Origin: a virus
Taxonomy: Duplodnaviria; Caudoviricetes
IMG/VR virus record: IMGVR_UViG_3300028591_000071
Direction: 5' to 3' (one strand)
Length of the DNA stretch: 64,000 nt
Shown: positions 1-10,529 of the stretch, in pieces
How the letters are laid out: every line of letters starts with the position of its first letter
Position numbering within the stretch: the first letter of the stretch is position 1
Program-made: the position numbers and the translations under genes
The notes under the pieces: generated by a model
What the model was told of the DNA's origin: nothing
What the model saw: the letters and a program-made list of their open reading frames with translations, nothing else
Database searches by the model: none

Positions 1-62
1 TTCATAATCTGCTTCAGAGTTCCGCGACTCTGTTCCTTGTTGTAATCAAATTTGTTCTTCAT
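1..62 (-). CDS. 5' part of a gene running off the window edge
   Basis: ATG at 62-60, open frame MKNKFDYNKEQSRGTLKQIM to the edge, downstream of a TGGCACG promoter-like motif. Confidence 0.5.
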   Translation of the reverse strand, partial: MKNKFDYNKEQSRGTLKQIM

Positions 63-91
63 AACCGTAAAAAAATATAAATAAACTACTT

Positions 92-106
92 CAAATATCG
101 TGCCAA
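92..106 (-). promoter_or_regulatory. sigma54-like -24/-12 motif TTGGCACGATATTTG
   Basis: Identical copies at 22543 and 25606; variants at 20179 and 25465. Confidence 0.55.
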
Positions 107-107
107 A

Positions 108-938
108 CTAAAACGGAAGGTCATCAATTGCCGGCTCGTTTGACTGAATCGACTCGGGTTGATGGGCTGTCTCTGTAACCGCCTGTTTTTTATCGCCCTC
201 TCCATAAAGGTATTTCCTTGCCATATCCTGTGCTTCCCTGTTGAAAAAATCCACCTGTTCAACCATCCAATCAAGGTATCCGGTCGGCTCGACCTCTTTC
301 AGGGTCTTTCCCTTATGCTTTCCGAATGTGAGCACATACTCCGCGGGGTTAACCTCTTCCTTGACAATTTCCACATCTTCAGTAGGACGGAAATTGAAAC
401 TGAGAATATCCTTCCTGCTTGCGATGTAGTCTGCGGCCTGAAGGCATTTGTCAAATTCCGTTTCTGGAACTGGAAGCCCGTCCTTACCTCCCCACTTCCC
501 CATATGGGAGCGAACGGCGTGTGCCATTACATACAACTCTTCTTCAGTAAAGGCATCAGGAACTTCCTTAGCAATCCTCATCAAATAATCGGCGGCGAGA
601 ATTGGGTGCTCGATAACAGTGTGCTTACCAACTCCGTCTCCCTGTTTCTTGATGTCATGTGCCAAAGCGGACACAATCATCATGTCCCTCTGCCGTGCGT
701 TGAAATTAAACGATTCAGATATGCACTCTCCATAATAAACGACACATCTTGTATGTCTGACTAATCCACCGTCTCCAAGGTCAAACGACGGGTGGTACTT
801 TCCGCTTGAAGATGCGGGCACGATGAAGAAATAATCGTCGGCCTCCTCTATCATCTTCTTTGCGAATTCCCGAATCTTGTTATCGCTAATGTCTGAAAGT
901 TCATTAGCAAAGAACTTAACTTTATCTTCCTTATTCAT
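108..938 (-). CDS. HD-domain phosphohydrolase with C-terminal FGKHKG module
   Basis: VRHT...LAHDIKK...EHP...SH...ADY HD motifs; start reassigned to MNKEDK behind a TATATTTG promoter. Confidence 0.8.
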   Translation of the reverse strand: MNKEDKVKFFANELSDISDNKIREFAKKMIEEADDYFFIVPASSSGKYHPSFDLGDGGLVRHTRCVVYYGECISESFNFNARQRDMMIVSALAHDIKKQGDGVGKHTVIEHPILAADYLMRIAKEVPDAFTEEELYVMAHAVRSHMGKWGGKDGLPVPETEFDKCLQAADYIASRKDILSFNFRPTEDVEIVKEEVNPAEYVLTFGKHKGKTLKEVEPTGYLDWMVEQVDFFNREAQDMARKYLYGEGDKKQAVTETAHQPESIQSNEPAIDDLPF

Positions 939-945
939 AGTACTG

Positions 946-953
946 CAAATATA
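946..953 (-). promoter_or_regulatory. Bacteroidetes sigmaA -7 element (TAnnTTTG)
   Basis: TATATTTG; recurs upstream of genes near 1746, 4091, 12999, 19043, 24633, 28479, 34326. Confidence 0.7.
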
Positions 954-1094
954 CAAAATAAAAATCATAAAACAAAAATGGCTCCGAACAATCGAAGCCA
1001 TAAAACCCACTGAAGTCCTTGCAAAGAAAGGATGTTTTTGAAAGTCCTCATTATAATCAATAATAGTCTTTGCTGCCACCGCCCTATCTCCCAC

Positions 1095-1480
1095 CAAGTC
1101 CCATGCTCAGCTCTGCACAGAAAAGTCACTGTAACTCTATGGTTTAGTTCTACCTTCCGTTGTTACTCTTCCACTCAGCACCACGATGGCTCGGTGGTTT
1201 ATCCATACTCGTATGGAAGTACGCTGAATGCTTCGCAACGGACCCTCAAATGCTCCGGCATCCGCCCCTAAACAGCATTGGGGCCTTTCGCTCCGGTCAC
1301 GCATCAGCCCACATACCTCATTCGCAGTAATAGGGCCCGGTTGGATAACTCCTCCGAATAGGATTGTGCAAGACCTTTCAACCTTACAAGCACCTTGCTA
1401 AGTACGGTGCAATTCGTTACGGCCAGTAACCCACGGCCAACTCCGTGGACCATGTCTTAAAGGCAGGCATGGAGACTTCT
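1095..1480 (-). ncRNA. candidate large structured ncRNA
   Basis: GC-rich block in an 840-nt intergenic gap closed by AAGTCTCCATGC/GCATGGGACTT; promoter and boxA-like site upstream at 1731-1753. Confidence 0.5.
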
Positions 1481-1779
1481 CTTTAATAAAACAAAAAACT
1501 ATGTTGCAAAAAACTTATTCCACACACGGATTTCTTATACTACGCGACGATTTTGCCCGTGTGGATAAAAATACGGCACTTAGGTCGTTCTTCCACTCTT
1601 ACTGTTGAAATCAGCCCGTATCTTTACTAATCGAGAAAAAGTGCCTTAATTCCCCCGGTAATGTACAAAAACATGAAACGAATTTTTCATTACCCATTTT
1701 GGGTTTAATCCCTCAACTTAGTTTTGTTTATCAAAGAACTATTGCAAATATACATCTTATTTTTCAGAAAAACAAATTT

Positions 1780-2511
1780 CTATTCGAAAAAGTTTCTTGT
1801 CTCCTCATTATAAGATATCTTAAGGATTGAATACGTAGGACGATAATCCTCGTTAATATACGACACATTGGCAGCATAAGTATCGCCAATCTTCTGAACG
1901 TCGTGGTTTCCGCTGTGGAAATGACCACTGACAAACAACTTCGGATGAACTCGCTCGATGTGCTTTGCAAGAATCTTATTCCCGGTCGTATCGTTCTTCC
2001 ACGCACCTTCGAGGATTGCCCCAATCTTTCCGATATTAGGACTATCATGAGATACAAGAATGTCAACTCCTTCGGGAATCTGCGAAAATTTCTTGTCAAG
2101 AGCCTCGTCGTTTAGCATAAATGCCCAATGGCCGAATATTGAACAATATGGTGTTCCGAAAATTGTCAGGCTATCAAGACCATCACTAACAGGGTACTCA
2201 AATTCATAGATGTCATGGCGGAGGAACTTAAGACGGTCATCACAAGCGGCTTCAAATTCTTTTATCTGTTCATGGTTAATTCGCTCTAACGCGAAATCGT
2301 GGTTTCCGGGAACAAGAATCACCTTACTCCATGGATGTGCAAAAGGAAGTGATTTTACCCACTCAACAAAATCATTCATTAACCATTCAATTTGAAATGC
2401 ATAATAGTGACTATGCGCCGGAACAATATCGCCGGCAATTAGCATCAAATCAAATGGCTCTTCAATCAACGGTAAATTTCCGTGTAAATCAGACGTCGCT
2501 AATATTTTCAT
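1780..2511 (-). CDS. calcineurin-like metallophosphoesterase
   Basis: DLHG, GD, GNHD, SH, GHFH motifs. Confidence 0.9.
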   Translation of the reverse strand: MKILATSDLHGNLPLIEEPFDLMLIAGDIVPAHSHYYAFQIEWLMNDFVEWVKSLPFAHPWSKVILVPGNHDFALERINHEQIKEFEAACDDRLKFLRHDIYEFEYPVSDGLDSLTIFGTPYCSIFGHWAFMLNDEALDKKFSQIPEGVDILVSHDSPNIGKIGAILEGAWKNDTTGNKILAKHIERVHPKLFVSGHFHSGNHDVQKIGDTYAANVSYINEDYRPTYSILKISYNEETRNFFE

Positions 2512-3467
2512 AATACTTCTTTCAATGGTTCGTTAAATGTTGCCAATTGGTCTTCAAAAAAGAAAACAAGGTCTTTCTTGTCAATCGGCAAATGCTTCCA
2601 AATCTTATAAATCTGAGGATAAAAAGTTGTGGATGCCTTTTTGAGAACTTCTTCCCGTGTGAACATATTCTTCTTCACATATGCGTCTACCTTATTACCG
2701 TTCGCATTGACGATTTTAAGGCCTTTAACAACGATATTTTCAACCCTTACATCAATTCCGAGGCGACTTTTTATTTCTTCTTCCATTTTCTTTCCCTCGT
2801 CTTTAGTCAGGAAATCATATGGAGTCCTTTGCTTGAACACGATTTCGTCGCTATTCATCGAATACAGGTCATAAAAGTGGCTTTCAAATACATTGCGAAC
2901 CATTTTATAAATTTCGCCCATAATATGCTTTTCAACCTTGATGGTTCTTCCCGGATTCATCTTCCCGAAGATTACTTGACGAAGATACTTTGAATTGATG
3001 ATATAATCATCTCCGCCGTACTTACTGATAAACGAATTGTAAGTATCATCGTCGATAACACCAGCATACTTCAACGCCTGAAAATTGGCTTTTTTCATGT
3101 CGATTGAGACAAACCCATTTCCGTCGCACTCGTCGTTGTAGATGCTATGCTCTCCAATCTTCGGAACAGACGGGTCAATGTCCCACTTAAACATATCACA
3201 TGTATTGAACTCCTTGTATGCTTCTGTATTCATAACGCCAAATATGGCAGCATCGCGGACATCGGCACAATCGTCAAGCCAAAGTTGCACATTTCCGTCA
3301 TACTCCTTCTCAATCTTCTCACACAGATTTTCCCACCTTTCCTTAGGGAAGAAATCATACAACTCGGAATAATAGGAGAACATCTCCTCGTTAAACACAT
3401 TAATAGGGAGATTATAATCCTTGCAGAATCTCTGCATCAATTTCTTGTTTTCTCTAATATTGCCCAT
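2508..3467 (-). CDS. hypothetical protein with polymerase palm-like motifs
   Basis: SIDMKKANF / SKYLRQVIFG / NSDE. Confidence 0.6.
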   Translation of the reverse strand: MGNIRENKKLMQRFCKDYNLPINVFNEEMFSYYSELYDFFPKERWENLCEKIEKEYDGNVQLWLDDCADVRDAAIFGVMNTEAYKEFNTCDMFKWDIDPSVPKIGEHSIYNDECDGNGFVSIDMKKANFQALKYAGVIDDDTYNSFISKYGGDDYIINSKYLRQVIFGKMNPGRTIKVEKHIMGEIYKMVRNVFESHFYDLYSMNSDEIVFKQRTPYDFLTKDEGKKMEEEIKSRLGIDVRVENIVVKGLKIVNANGNKVDAYVKKNMFTREEVLKKASTTFYPQIYKIWKHLPIDKKDLVFFFEDQLATFNEPLKEVL

Positions 3468-4083
3468 TGAAAAGTCTTCTTAAACGGTTGTTGTATTCGA
3501 TTGCTTCTGTTTCGTCAGAAGCGTGGAAAAGCCCACACCTGCCGATGATATAATGATTCTCAAACTCCTCTTCGGTCATCTTTTCAATACTATAATCAAG
3601 GTATGAGATTTCTTCTACATAGCCACTTTCGCGCTCGTTGGTAAATACATATGCCTTATAATTTCCGTCCTTCACTTTTTTGAACTCGTAACACAAGGAA
3701 TACAACTTATAATCCTTGTTATGCATGCCCGTAATGGTAATGAAGAGCGGAACTCCGTCGGAAAACATCTTCTCCATCTTCTCTTTGTTCTCCGTGGCCC
3801 TTTCCCAATATGCGTCAACCTCGGCATTCGTTTTTTTATCCAATTCAAGTATTTCATTGTACTTGTCCCGAAGTTCGTCATTTGTGAGGTATTTTCGGTC
3901 ATGCCATGAAAAGGCCATGCTATCAATATACCACGCCTTGTTCCAAACAAACCTACTATCTACAAGTTCTTCACTCAGTTCTTCGGCGTGTTTGAAAACC
4001 TTTTTCTTACACTCACTGAGAGCATCGTCAATAAGGGAAATGAGGCGTTCTCTTTCCTTTTGTTCTTTTCTTTTCCTAAACAT
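3454..4083 (-). CDS. hypothetical protein
   Basis: Long ORF coupled to the next gene; start MFRKRK after a TATATTTG promoter. Confidence 0.7.
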   Translation of the reverse strand: MFRKRKEQKERERLISLIDDALSECKKKVFKHAEELSEELVDSRFVWNKAWYIDSMAFSWHDRKYLTNDELRDKYNEILELDKKTNAEVDAYWERATENKEKMEKMFSDGVPLFITITGMHNKDYKLYSLCYEFKKVKDGNYKAYVFTNERESGYVEEISYLDYSIEKMTEEEFENHYIIGRCGLFHASDETEAIEYNNRLRRLFNGQY

Positions 4084-4223
4084 AACACTGCAAATATACA
4101 AAGAATAATCCGATAAACAAAACCGGCGACTAATTGCAAGCAGCAAACTATTTATCGAAGAATAGATGGTCCTCTTTCAATATGGGAGAGGTACTGATAT
4201 ATAATGATGTAATTTTTGAGATA

Positions 4224-5843
4224 ATGGCATATATCGATATTACGCAATACTTTCTCGACCACGGCTTAAGTACATATTACCAACACCTCGCAGGTGAACC
4301 TGTTGTAGAGATATATAATAAAGACCGTTCCGATTATGGATTTATATCATCCGGATATGACGGAACGAACTATATCGCATCCAGTAACAGGGGATTGGGA
4401 AGCACCGTCGCCACGATGAAACTAACCGTGAGATTTACAGGATACCCAATTACGAACAATGTGTCCACCGCTTCCGGATTAAATATTAGGATAACCTACA
4501 TATCCAATGGCGAGGATAACTATGACTATGCCCTTTTCTCTAAAAGCGGACTTACCGAGTACGATTTTCCAGCATCAGTCGAATATAATGACCCTAACGT
4601 TTATAAAAGCGCATATGGGGAGTCATCAGATGAAGAACAAACGTTATATTATTACATCCCGAACAATGGTGACCAAACCGATATATTCATAAACTACAGA
4701 AAGGATAGTAGCGTTGACCATGGATTGGACCGACTATACATGAGAATAGCGATTGAAGCAACGAAAGACCATTCGGGCTATTACTTTATTGGGGAAAAAT
4801 ATAGATTTCATGGATATAAGACTAAATATTATAATTACGCTCATCCAGAAGACTATAACCTAAGGCCTGCAGACGCTGATTGCTATGTGCACATAACATC
4901 AGGATGGCCGGCATTGGACAGTGGGATTCAATCAGGAATAACAAATGATGGACTTTCTTTATATGTTTGGTCAAGCGGATATACGACTGGCGTTCCGACT
5001 AATGTGGTAATGGAAATCGGGGCTCGTGGGCATATAAGTGCTACAACAATAGAATGCCCAGATTTCGTCTCAGGCACTACGGCATGGGATGTGCGTACTA
5101 ATATAAATTCCAGCTTTGATATTAATTATAGCCACTTTTATTTAATGCAATTCCTGTGGAAATTCGTCATGTGGGGCGGAAATGATGTTAGTGATTGGGG
5201 AAACCGATGGTCTCACGTTACCTTTAAGATAAGTGACGAAGATGGGAACTTTGTGTCAGGAAAAACAGGGTTATATGGTCTATCGTTTGTATTCTCATCG
5301 GCGATTACATCTGACATTTCAGGTAAAACGGTAACGTGGTCAAGACCAGGAGGAATATCTTCATCAGCCACAATTGAATGGCTTCCTTATGGGGAAGAAT
5401 ATGTCTATTATTGGTCGAGTTCATCGTATATTCACGGACTTCAGAGACAAGCATCCGTAGGAAATAGGAGCCTTGCCATGTATAGCGGAAATGGCGTTTC
5501 CGTTCATATGAATCCACCAAAAAATAGCGGACAGATTGCTACATGGAAATTCATCAAAGAAGAAATTGGTGCGGACGACAAATGGGGCTACTACGGTCAG
5601 ACATCGGCTTCCACCGCATATAGTGAGACAATTCGATGGTATAATACAACAATTAATAGTTATTTTACTTTTGATAAGAGCGGAAATTACCCATTATCCA
5701 ACAATAATGAACTGCTTTGTTTGGGATATGTAATGTCTTTCTCCGGCGCATCCGATGCATCTGATGTTTACTTTTTCGATGGTTTGTCTGCCGAGACTTC
5801 TTATAACATATGGACAGGCAATACGGGTTGCACCGAATCTTAA
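4224..5843 (+). CDS. hypothetical beta-rich (S/G/T/Y) protein, possibly virion or receptor-binding
   Basis: About 540-aa ORF; CTATTTAT motif upstream, terminator downstream. Confidence 0.7.
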   Translation: MAYIDITQYFLDHGLSTYYQHLAGEPVVEIYNKDRSDYGFISSGYDGTNYIASSNRGLGSTVATMKLTVRFTGYPITNNVSTASGLNIRITYISNGEDNYDYALFSKSGLTEYDFPASVEYNDPNVYKSAYGESSDEEQTLYYYIPNNGDQTDIFINYRKDSSVDHGLDRLYMRIAIEATKDHSGYYFIGEKYRFHGYKTKYYNYAHPEDYNLRPADADCYVHITSGWPALDSGIQSGITNDGLSLYVWSSGYTTGVPTNVVMEIGARGHISATTIECPDFVSGTTAWDVRTNINSSFDINYSHFYLMQFLWKFVMWGGNDVSDWGNRWSHVTFKISDEDGNFVSGKTGLYGLSFVFSSAITSDISGKTVTWSRPGGISSSATIEWLPYGEEYVYYWSSSSYIHGLQRQASVGNRSLAMYSGNGVSVHMNPPKNSGQIATWKFIKEEIGADDKWGYYGQTSASTAYSETIRWYNTTINSYFTFDKSGNYPLSNNNELLCLGYVMSFSGASDASDVYFFDGLSAETSYNIWTGNTGCTES

Positions 5844-5874
5844 ACCCACAAATCTCAAAGATAAATAAACGAAG

Positions 5875-5903
5875 AAACGCATCCTATTCGGGTGCGTTTT
5901 TCT
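5875..5903. terminator. bidirectional intrinsic terminator
   Basis: AAACGCATCC/GGGTGCGTTT hairpin between convergent genes. Confidence 0.65.
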
Positions 5904-6198
5904 TTGCTTTTCGCTCAAGATATTTGTCAAGTGCCTTCAGGCAGACGTCCCTGTATTTCTTCGCCATCTTCATTGCTTCTTTCACCTGTTCAGCCGATTC
6001 CTGAACATAGTAATGACGGGAACATGACGGGTCTTCTACATATGCAACTATACACCCGTTTTCACTCTCTCCGTTAAGCGGATAGATTTCACCTATCTTC
6101 CTTACATCAAACTGACTCTCCATATCAAAATTCTCAACATGGAGGTAAATGGTCGGGACGATATTCATCCCTATCTCAATTCCGCAATTCTCACTCAT
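5884..6198 (-). CDS. hypothetical protein
   Basis: Start MSENCG overlaps the upstream stop (ATGA). Confidence 0.65.
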   Translation of the reverse strand: MSENCGIEIGMNIVPTIYLHVENFDMESQFDVRKIGEIYPLNGESENGCIVAYVEDPSCSRHYYVQESAEQVKEAMKMAKKYRDVCLKALDKYLERKAKKNAPE

Positions 6199-6422
6199 AA
6201 CAGCTTTCCAATAAGACCGATAAGGAATACCAAGAAGAAAACAGCCAAAAAGAGAATCGCGGGCATCCACAGCGGGGCCGTAACCCACCACCAAGACCAC
6301 GATGCCACCGCACCGACTCCTGCTAATTTCAACACAAGGAAGATTACGAACAGCAACCCCAAAAGACTGTTGCTCACGGAATAAGTTACGATTCCGTCAT
6401 TTCTCTTAAACTTAACTATCAT
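6195..6422 (-). CDS. small two-TM membrane protein
   Basis: FLVLKLAG..WSWWWVTAPLW hydrophobic motif. Confidence 0.75.
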   Translation of the reverse strand: MIVKFKRNDGIVTYSVSNSLLGLLFVIFLVLKLAGVGAVASWSWWWVTAPLWMPAILFLAVFFLVFLIGLIGKLL

Positions 6423-8428
6423 ATCCCATACTTGTTATAAAAATCATGTTCTTCAATAATCTCAATCCCAAGTTCCTTTGCCTTGGCCACCTTTGAACCG
6501 CCCGGCTTCGCTCCCGTGATAAGGAAATTCAGTTTCCCGTTGACCCCGTGAATGCATTTCGCCCCATTGCCCTCAAGGAACTCTTCCACCGCATCACCCT
6601 TGAACCTGTCAGAAGAACCCGTGAAACACACATTGAGCCCGCTCAGGGCCGTTCCTTTCTCTTCTTCGGCTGTAACCCCCGAGCCCATATCAAGCCCATA
6701 ATTGTCCAACGCAAAACAAAGTTCCCTGTTTGGCGAATATTCGAACCACGAATGAATGCCGTGCGCCATAACCTGTCCGATTCCTTCAATCTTGGATAGG
6801 TCATCCTCCGTCGCATTAATCAAGTCCTCACAACTATATTTCTTTGCAAGCGTCCTCGCCACCACTTTTCCTACGCCAGGAATGGACAAGCCCGCAAGAA
6901 CCCTCTCCCAAGGCTGCCGCTTGCTCTTTTCGATTTCGTCAAGCATCTTTTCAACCTTCTTCTTTCCGTATCCGGACCCAAGTGCGTTCATTATCTCATC
7001 AACTCCGCGGTTTTTCAGCGAATAGATAAGGCTGACATCCGACACCCCAAGTTTTCCATATAAATCATTGGCAACCGCCTCGCCAATCGAACGGATATCC
7101 ATACAATCCTTCGAACAGAACTGTATGAGACGGCCCCTGATAGATGCGGGACAGGATGGATTCACGCACTTCACCAAGGCCCCTTCCTTGACCGCCACGC
7201 CGCCGCACTCCGGACAGAAATATGGCTCGATGGCCGGATTATTCCCGTCACCGTCGTTTTTCGTCCCCAACACATATGGAATGACGCCCCCGCTCCTTGT
7301 AATCCTTAACGTATCGCCGACACAGATACCAAGGCCCTTGATGAAGTCGATGTTGTTCAGGGTTACGTTGCTGATGACGACACCACCGCACTCGACGGGC
7401 TCGAGCCTTCCCACCGGTGTCAAAACACCCGTCCTTCCGACCTGCCAATCGATGCCCTTCAGTCTCGTCTCTACGATATACTCCTCATTCCACTTCCTCG
7501 CAATTGCCCACTCAATGGCCCTCGTGTCCTTCGTCCCAATCTCATCCTGAATATCAACCCTGTCCACCTTTACGACAATCCCGTCATAATCGAAATCAAC
7601 TACATCATTGTCAGCAAGATGGTGTTTCATCTCTCCGACCCGGCGCATAACCTGTTCCTTCCCCTTAGCTGTAACGGGCTCGGTAAACGGCTCATAATAA
7701 AACCCGCAAAGTTCCAAGACTTCGGTTTTCCTTTCCATATTCCATAACCCCACGTCGCCGAAGCAATCCCAAGCCCTGAAGATAAGCCCACGCTTTGCCG
7801 TAACCTTCGGGTCAAGTTGCTTGATGGAGCCGCTGCAGGCGTTCCTCGTATTGGAAAAAGGCGTTTCTCCGTTTGCTGCTCGTTCATCATTGATAGCCGC
7901 AAGCCTTGATTTCGGAAGGAGGATTTCACCGCGGACATAGAAATGGTGTAAATTGTGCCTGTTGTCAGCGAGAACCATAGGGATGGTCTTGATGGTCTTC
8001 ACGTTCTCGGTGATGTCATCCCCAACCATCTTATCCCCACGGGTAAGTGCCTGAACAAACACCCCGTCAACATAATGCAACTCACAGGAGATACCGTCAT
8101 ATTTCACGGATACGTTGAATTCCGTGACCCCGTACTCCTTTTCCATCTTGTCAACCCACTTCTCAAGGCCATCGTCATCATACACATTCTCGATAGTGTA
8201 CATCGGCTTCGGATGCGTTCCTTTCTTGAACCCGTCCTGAATATCCGACCCGACGCGGACCGTCGGGGAATTTGGGTATACCACGCCGCTCTCACCCTCC
8301 ATCGCCTGCAATTTCTTCAACAGGCCGTCAAACTCGGTATCCGTAAACTGAGACTGCTGCCCGTTATAATACTGCCTTGATGCAAGGTCCAACGCATCGG
8401 TTAGTTTTCTCTGTGACCACTTTTTCAT
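6419..8428 (-). CDS. ligA: NAD-dependent DNA ligase
   Basis: KYDG, TRGD, RGE, DGIVVK, VGRTG, Cys4 zinc finger, HhH repeats, C-terminal BRCT. Confidence 0.97.
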   Translation of the reverse strand: MKKWSQRKLTDALDLASRQYYNGQQSQFTDTEFDGLLKKLQAMEGESGVVYPNSPTVRVGSDIQDGFKKGTHPKPMYTIENVYDDDGLEKWVDKMEKEYGVTEFNVSVKYDGISCELHYVDGVFVQALTRGDKMVGDDITENVKTIKTIPMVLADNRHNLHHFYVRGEILLPKSRLAAINDERAANGETPFSNTRNACSGSIKQLDPKVTAKRGLIFRAWDCFGDVGLWNMERKTEVLELCGFYYEPFTEPVTAKGKEQVMRRVGEMKHHLADNDVVDFDYDGIVVKVDRVDIQDEIGTKDTRAIEWAIARKWNEEYIVETRLKGIDWQVGRTGVLTPVGRLEPVECGGVVISNVTLNNIDFIKGLGICVGDTLRITRSGGVIPYVLGTKNDGDGNNPAIEPYFCPECGGVAVKEGALVKCVNPSCPASIRGRLIQFCSKDCMDIRSIGEAVANDLYGKLGVSDVSLIYSLKNRGVDEIMNALGSGYGKKKVEKMLDEIEKSKRQPWERVLAGLSIPGVGKVVARTLAKKYSCEDLINATEDDLSKIEGIGQVMAHGIHSWFEYSPNRELCFALDNYGLDMGSGVTAEEEKGTALSGLNVCFTGSSDRFKGDAVEEFLEGNGAKCIHGVNGKLNFLITGAKPGGSKVAKAKELGIEIIEEHDFYNKYGI

Positions 8429-8832
8429 ACCCCCAATATACAAAATTTATGCATAAAAAACAAAAGAGCAGCATCATTTGTCTTCTTCCGACTTCTGACA
8501 CTGCTCTTGCACCATTTCTTCCAAAGCGGCTTTCAGGCATTGATATAACTCGCTGTTTATCTCGATATAGCCCATTATAAGCCCGTTTCCCTTAAATTCG
8601 CCCATAAATCAAATAATTTTGAAAACGGCCATACGATGACGACAGCAAGAAACAGGAACGGATATACAACCGCCCCCAATAATATCTTCGCTATTTTCAT
8701 CGTCGTCGCCATGGCCTTGTTATTAATCTAAAAATAACACGAACGGATTATACCCGCTCGCGTTCATTTTACATCAGTTCGGATGTAATTATGCCCTTTC
8801 GGGGCCATTTTACATCCATTCTAATTTAATTG

Positions 8833-9016
8833 TGGCTCCGAAGAGGATTCGAACCTCCATTCAGACAGTAACCTTCCGGATTGGCACTTATCCATGTGCT
8901 TATTCAATACCCAACCTTCGGCGGTTCGCGACCCCGTTACTCCTCATTGTCAGATACAACATATATCACACTTCCCTCATATCGCAAGGGCGGCTTTACC
9001 ATTTGCCTACCAAGCC
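8833..9016 (-). ncRNA. tRNA-like RNA with ~115-nt branched insertion in the variable region
   Basis: Acceptor GGCTTGG/CGGAGCC, D arm, arm CCCTT-GCGATAT-GAGGG, T arm GGTTCGAATCC. Confidence 0.6.
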
Positions 9017-9053
9017 ATATATATCTTATTGTGAAACTATTATAATCACCAAG

Positions 9054-9140
9054 CGGAGAGGAGAGGATTCGAACCTCCGGGCCCCGAAAGGGACCAACAC
9101 CTTAGCAGGGTGCCGCTTTAGACCACTCAGCCACCTCTCC
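9054..9140 (-). tRNA. tRNA-Ser(GCT)
   Basis: Full cloverleaf, long variable arm, G73. Confidence 0.95.
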
Positions 9141-9441
9141 GTATAAACAAACAAGTGTGCTGTAGATTAGATGGATATATTTGCCACATTCGTCCATCTA
9201 CGCCTTTTCATTACAACACCGATTAACACCTGTCGGCAAACGAGGTGACCTGTCTGTTATTTCATTAGAGTTTTAGGAGCATCACCCATTGTCTTGGCGT
9301 AAACCTTCTTTATAACGGGCAACTCCTTACATTCACTTGAAAATAGTTTTGCAACATTTTCTTTCACTTTTCCTTGCAATTCCTTGGGAATACCAAGGGC
9401 TTCCCATCTTTTTTCGCTTTCCGTCATAATTAAAAAATTAG

Positions 9442-9526
9442 GGGGCAGGGCGGGATTCGAACCCGCGTATGGGCTTTCGCCCCCGGAGCCACAATCCGGT
9501 ACCTGAACCTCTCGGCCACCTGACCC
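9442..9526 (-). tRNA. tRNA-His(GTG) with long variable arm
   Basis: CCGGA-TTGTGGC-TCCGG, G-1:C73, variable arm GGGCGAAAGCCC. Confidence 0.85.
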
Positions 9527-9585
9527 ATATTAGTGGGATTTTTTTTGCCACCCACAGCACGTTTCGAACCGTGCTATTACGCAGT

Positions 9586-9673
9586 TGGTGCGGTGACCGG
9601 GACTCGAACCCGGACGGGATTACTCCCACTACCCCCTCAAGGTAGCGCGGCTACCAGATTACGCCATCACCGC
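9586..9673 (-). tRNA. tRNA-Leu(GAG)
   Basis: Cloverleaf, encoded CCA. Confidence 0.95.
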
Positions 9674-9700
9674 GTATTTGATTGATTATTAAATAGTTAG

Positions 9701-10066
9701 TGGAGGTGAAGCGAGTCGAACGCTTGTCTTACGAAGCAGCAAAATGCTTTCTACATGCTTAGTCCAATTTCAAATACCCATCAGGAATCTAATTGAACGA
9801 ACTTCCTGACTTCCTGAATCCCATTCTTTATGCCACCTTATTTGAATTACACCTTCAGGTGGAAGAATAATAAGGAAAATCTTCCGAAGATGTCCGCCTC
9901 CCACGCCTTGCGAGGGATTAGTTAATCACAACCTTGTTGAGATTAAGCAGCGAATGCATAGGCATAGTTGCCAATTAATTGTTCGAAGTTCTGATTAAAG
10001 TGGTTTTCTCCAATCCACTGCATGCTTACATTCCTCAATCATCGCAATCAAAACCAAAACACCCCC
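9701..10066 (-). ncRNA. ssrA: tmRNA
   Basis: 5' GGGGGTG...3' CACCTCCA with G3:U70 and T arm; tag frame GNYAYAFAA* at 9972-9943. Confidence 0.93.
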
Positions 10067-10076
10067 ATAAATTTTG

Positions 10077-10193
10077 TCGGAACAAAAGGAATCGAACCTC
10101 TTCTAGCGGCTCCCATAGCAAAAACGAAAATTGCTGTAGATAACCTTGCCAGATTACACGATAAACGCTGTGCTACCATTACACTATATTCCG
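10077..10193 (-). ncRNA. tRNA-Pro(TGG)-derived RNA with hairpin+ACAGCAA insert in the anticodon stem
   Basis: C1:G72/A73 acceptor, D and T arms; removing the insert restores GCGGC-TATGGGA-GCCGC. Confidence 0.7.
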
Positions 10194-10298
10194 AAATTTC
10201 TCATCTGCGCGGGCCCCTATCCCGTTCGGCGGGGTTGCTTCGGCACAAAAGGTGTTATGACGGGGGTGTGCCGATTGTTATTCCACAGATGAGATAAG

Positions 10299-10370
10299 TT
10301 GCCGTTACCTGAATCGAACAGATATCTTCAGAGCCAGAATCTGACATAATAGCCTTTATACTAAACGGCA
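10299..10370 (-). tRNA. tRNA-Gln(CTG)
   Basis: TCAGA-TTCTGGC-TCTGA cloverleaf. Confidence 0.9.
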
Positions 10371-10529
10371 ATAAACAGGGCCCGTCAGCAATCTTCGTAC
10401 CTCGGGCCCCGAAACTCCTTCCAACATTGGATGAGCATACCACCCTAACAACACTCCTATGGAATTACCCAATGGTCTGTCACCTATTAACTTGGTTAGA
10501 ATTTTTAAGCCCGCATTGCACTGCCGTCG

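Noticed and set aside
1280-1312. Hammerhead ribozyme (CTGATG...CGAAA)
   Set aside because: Core lacks the final A of CUGAUGA, stem II is weak and no NUH site with stems I/III was found
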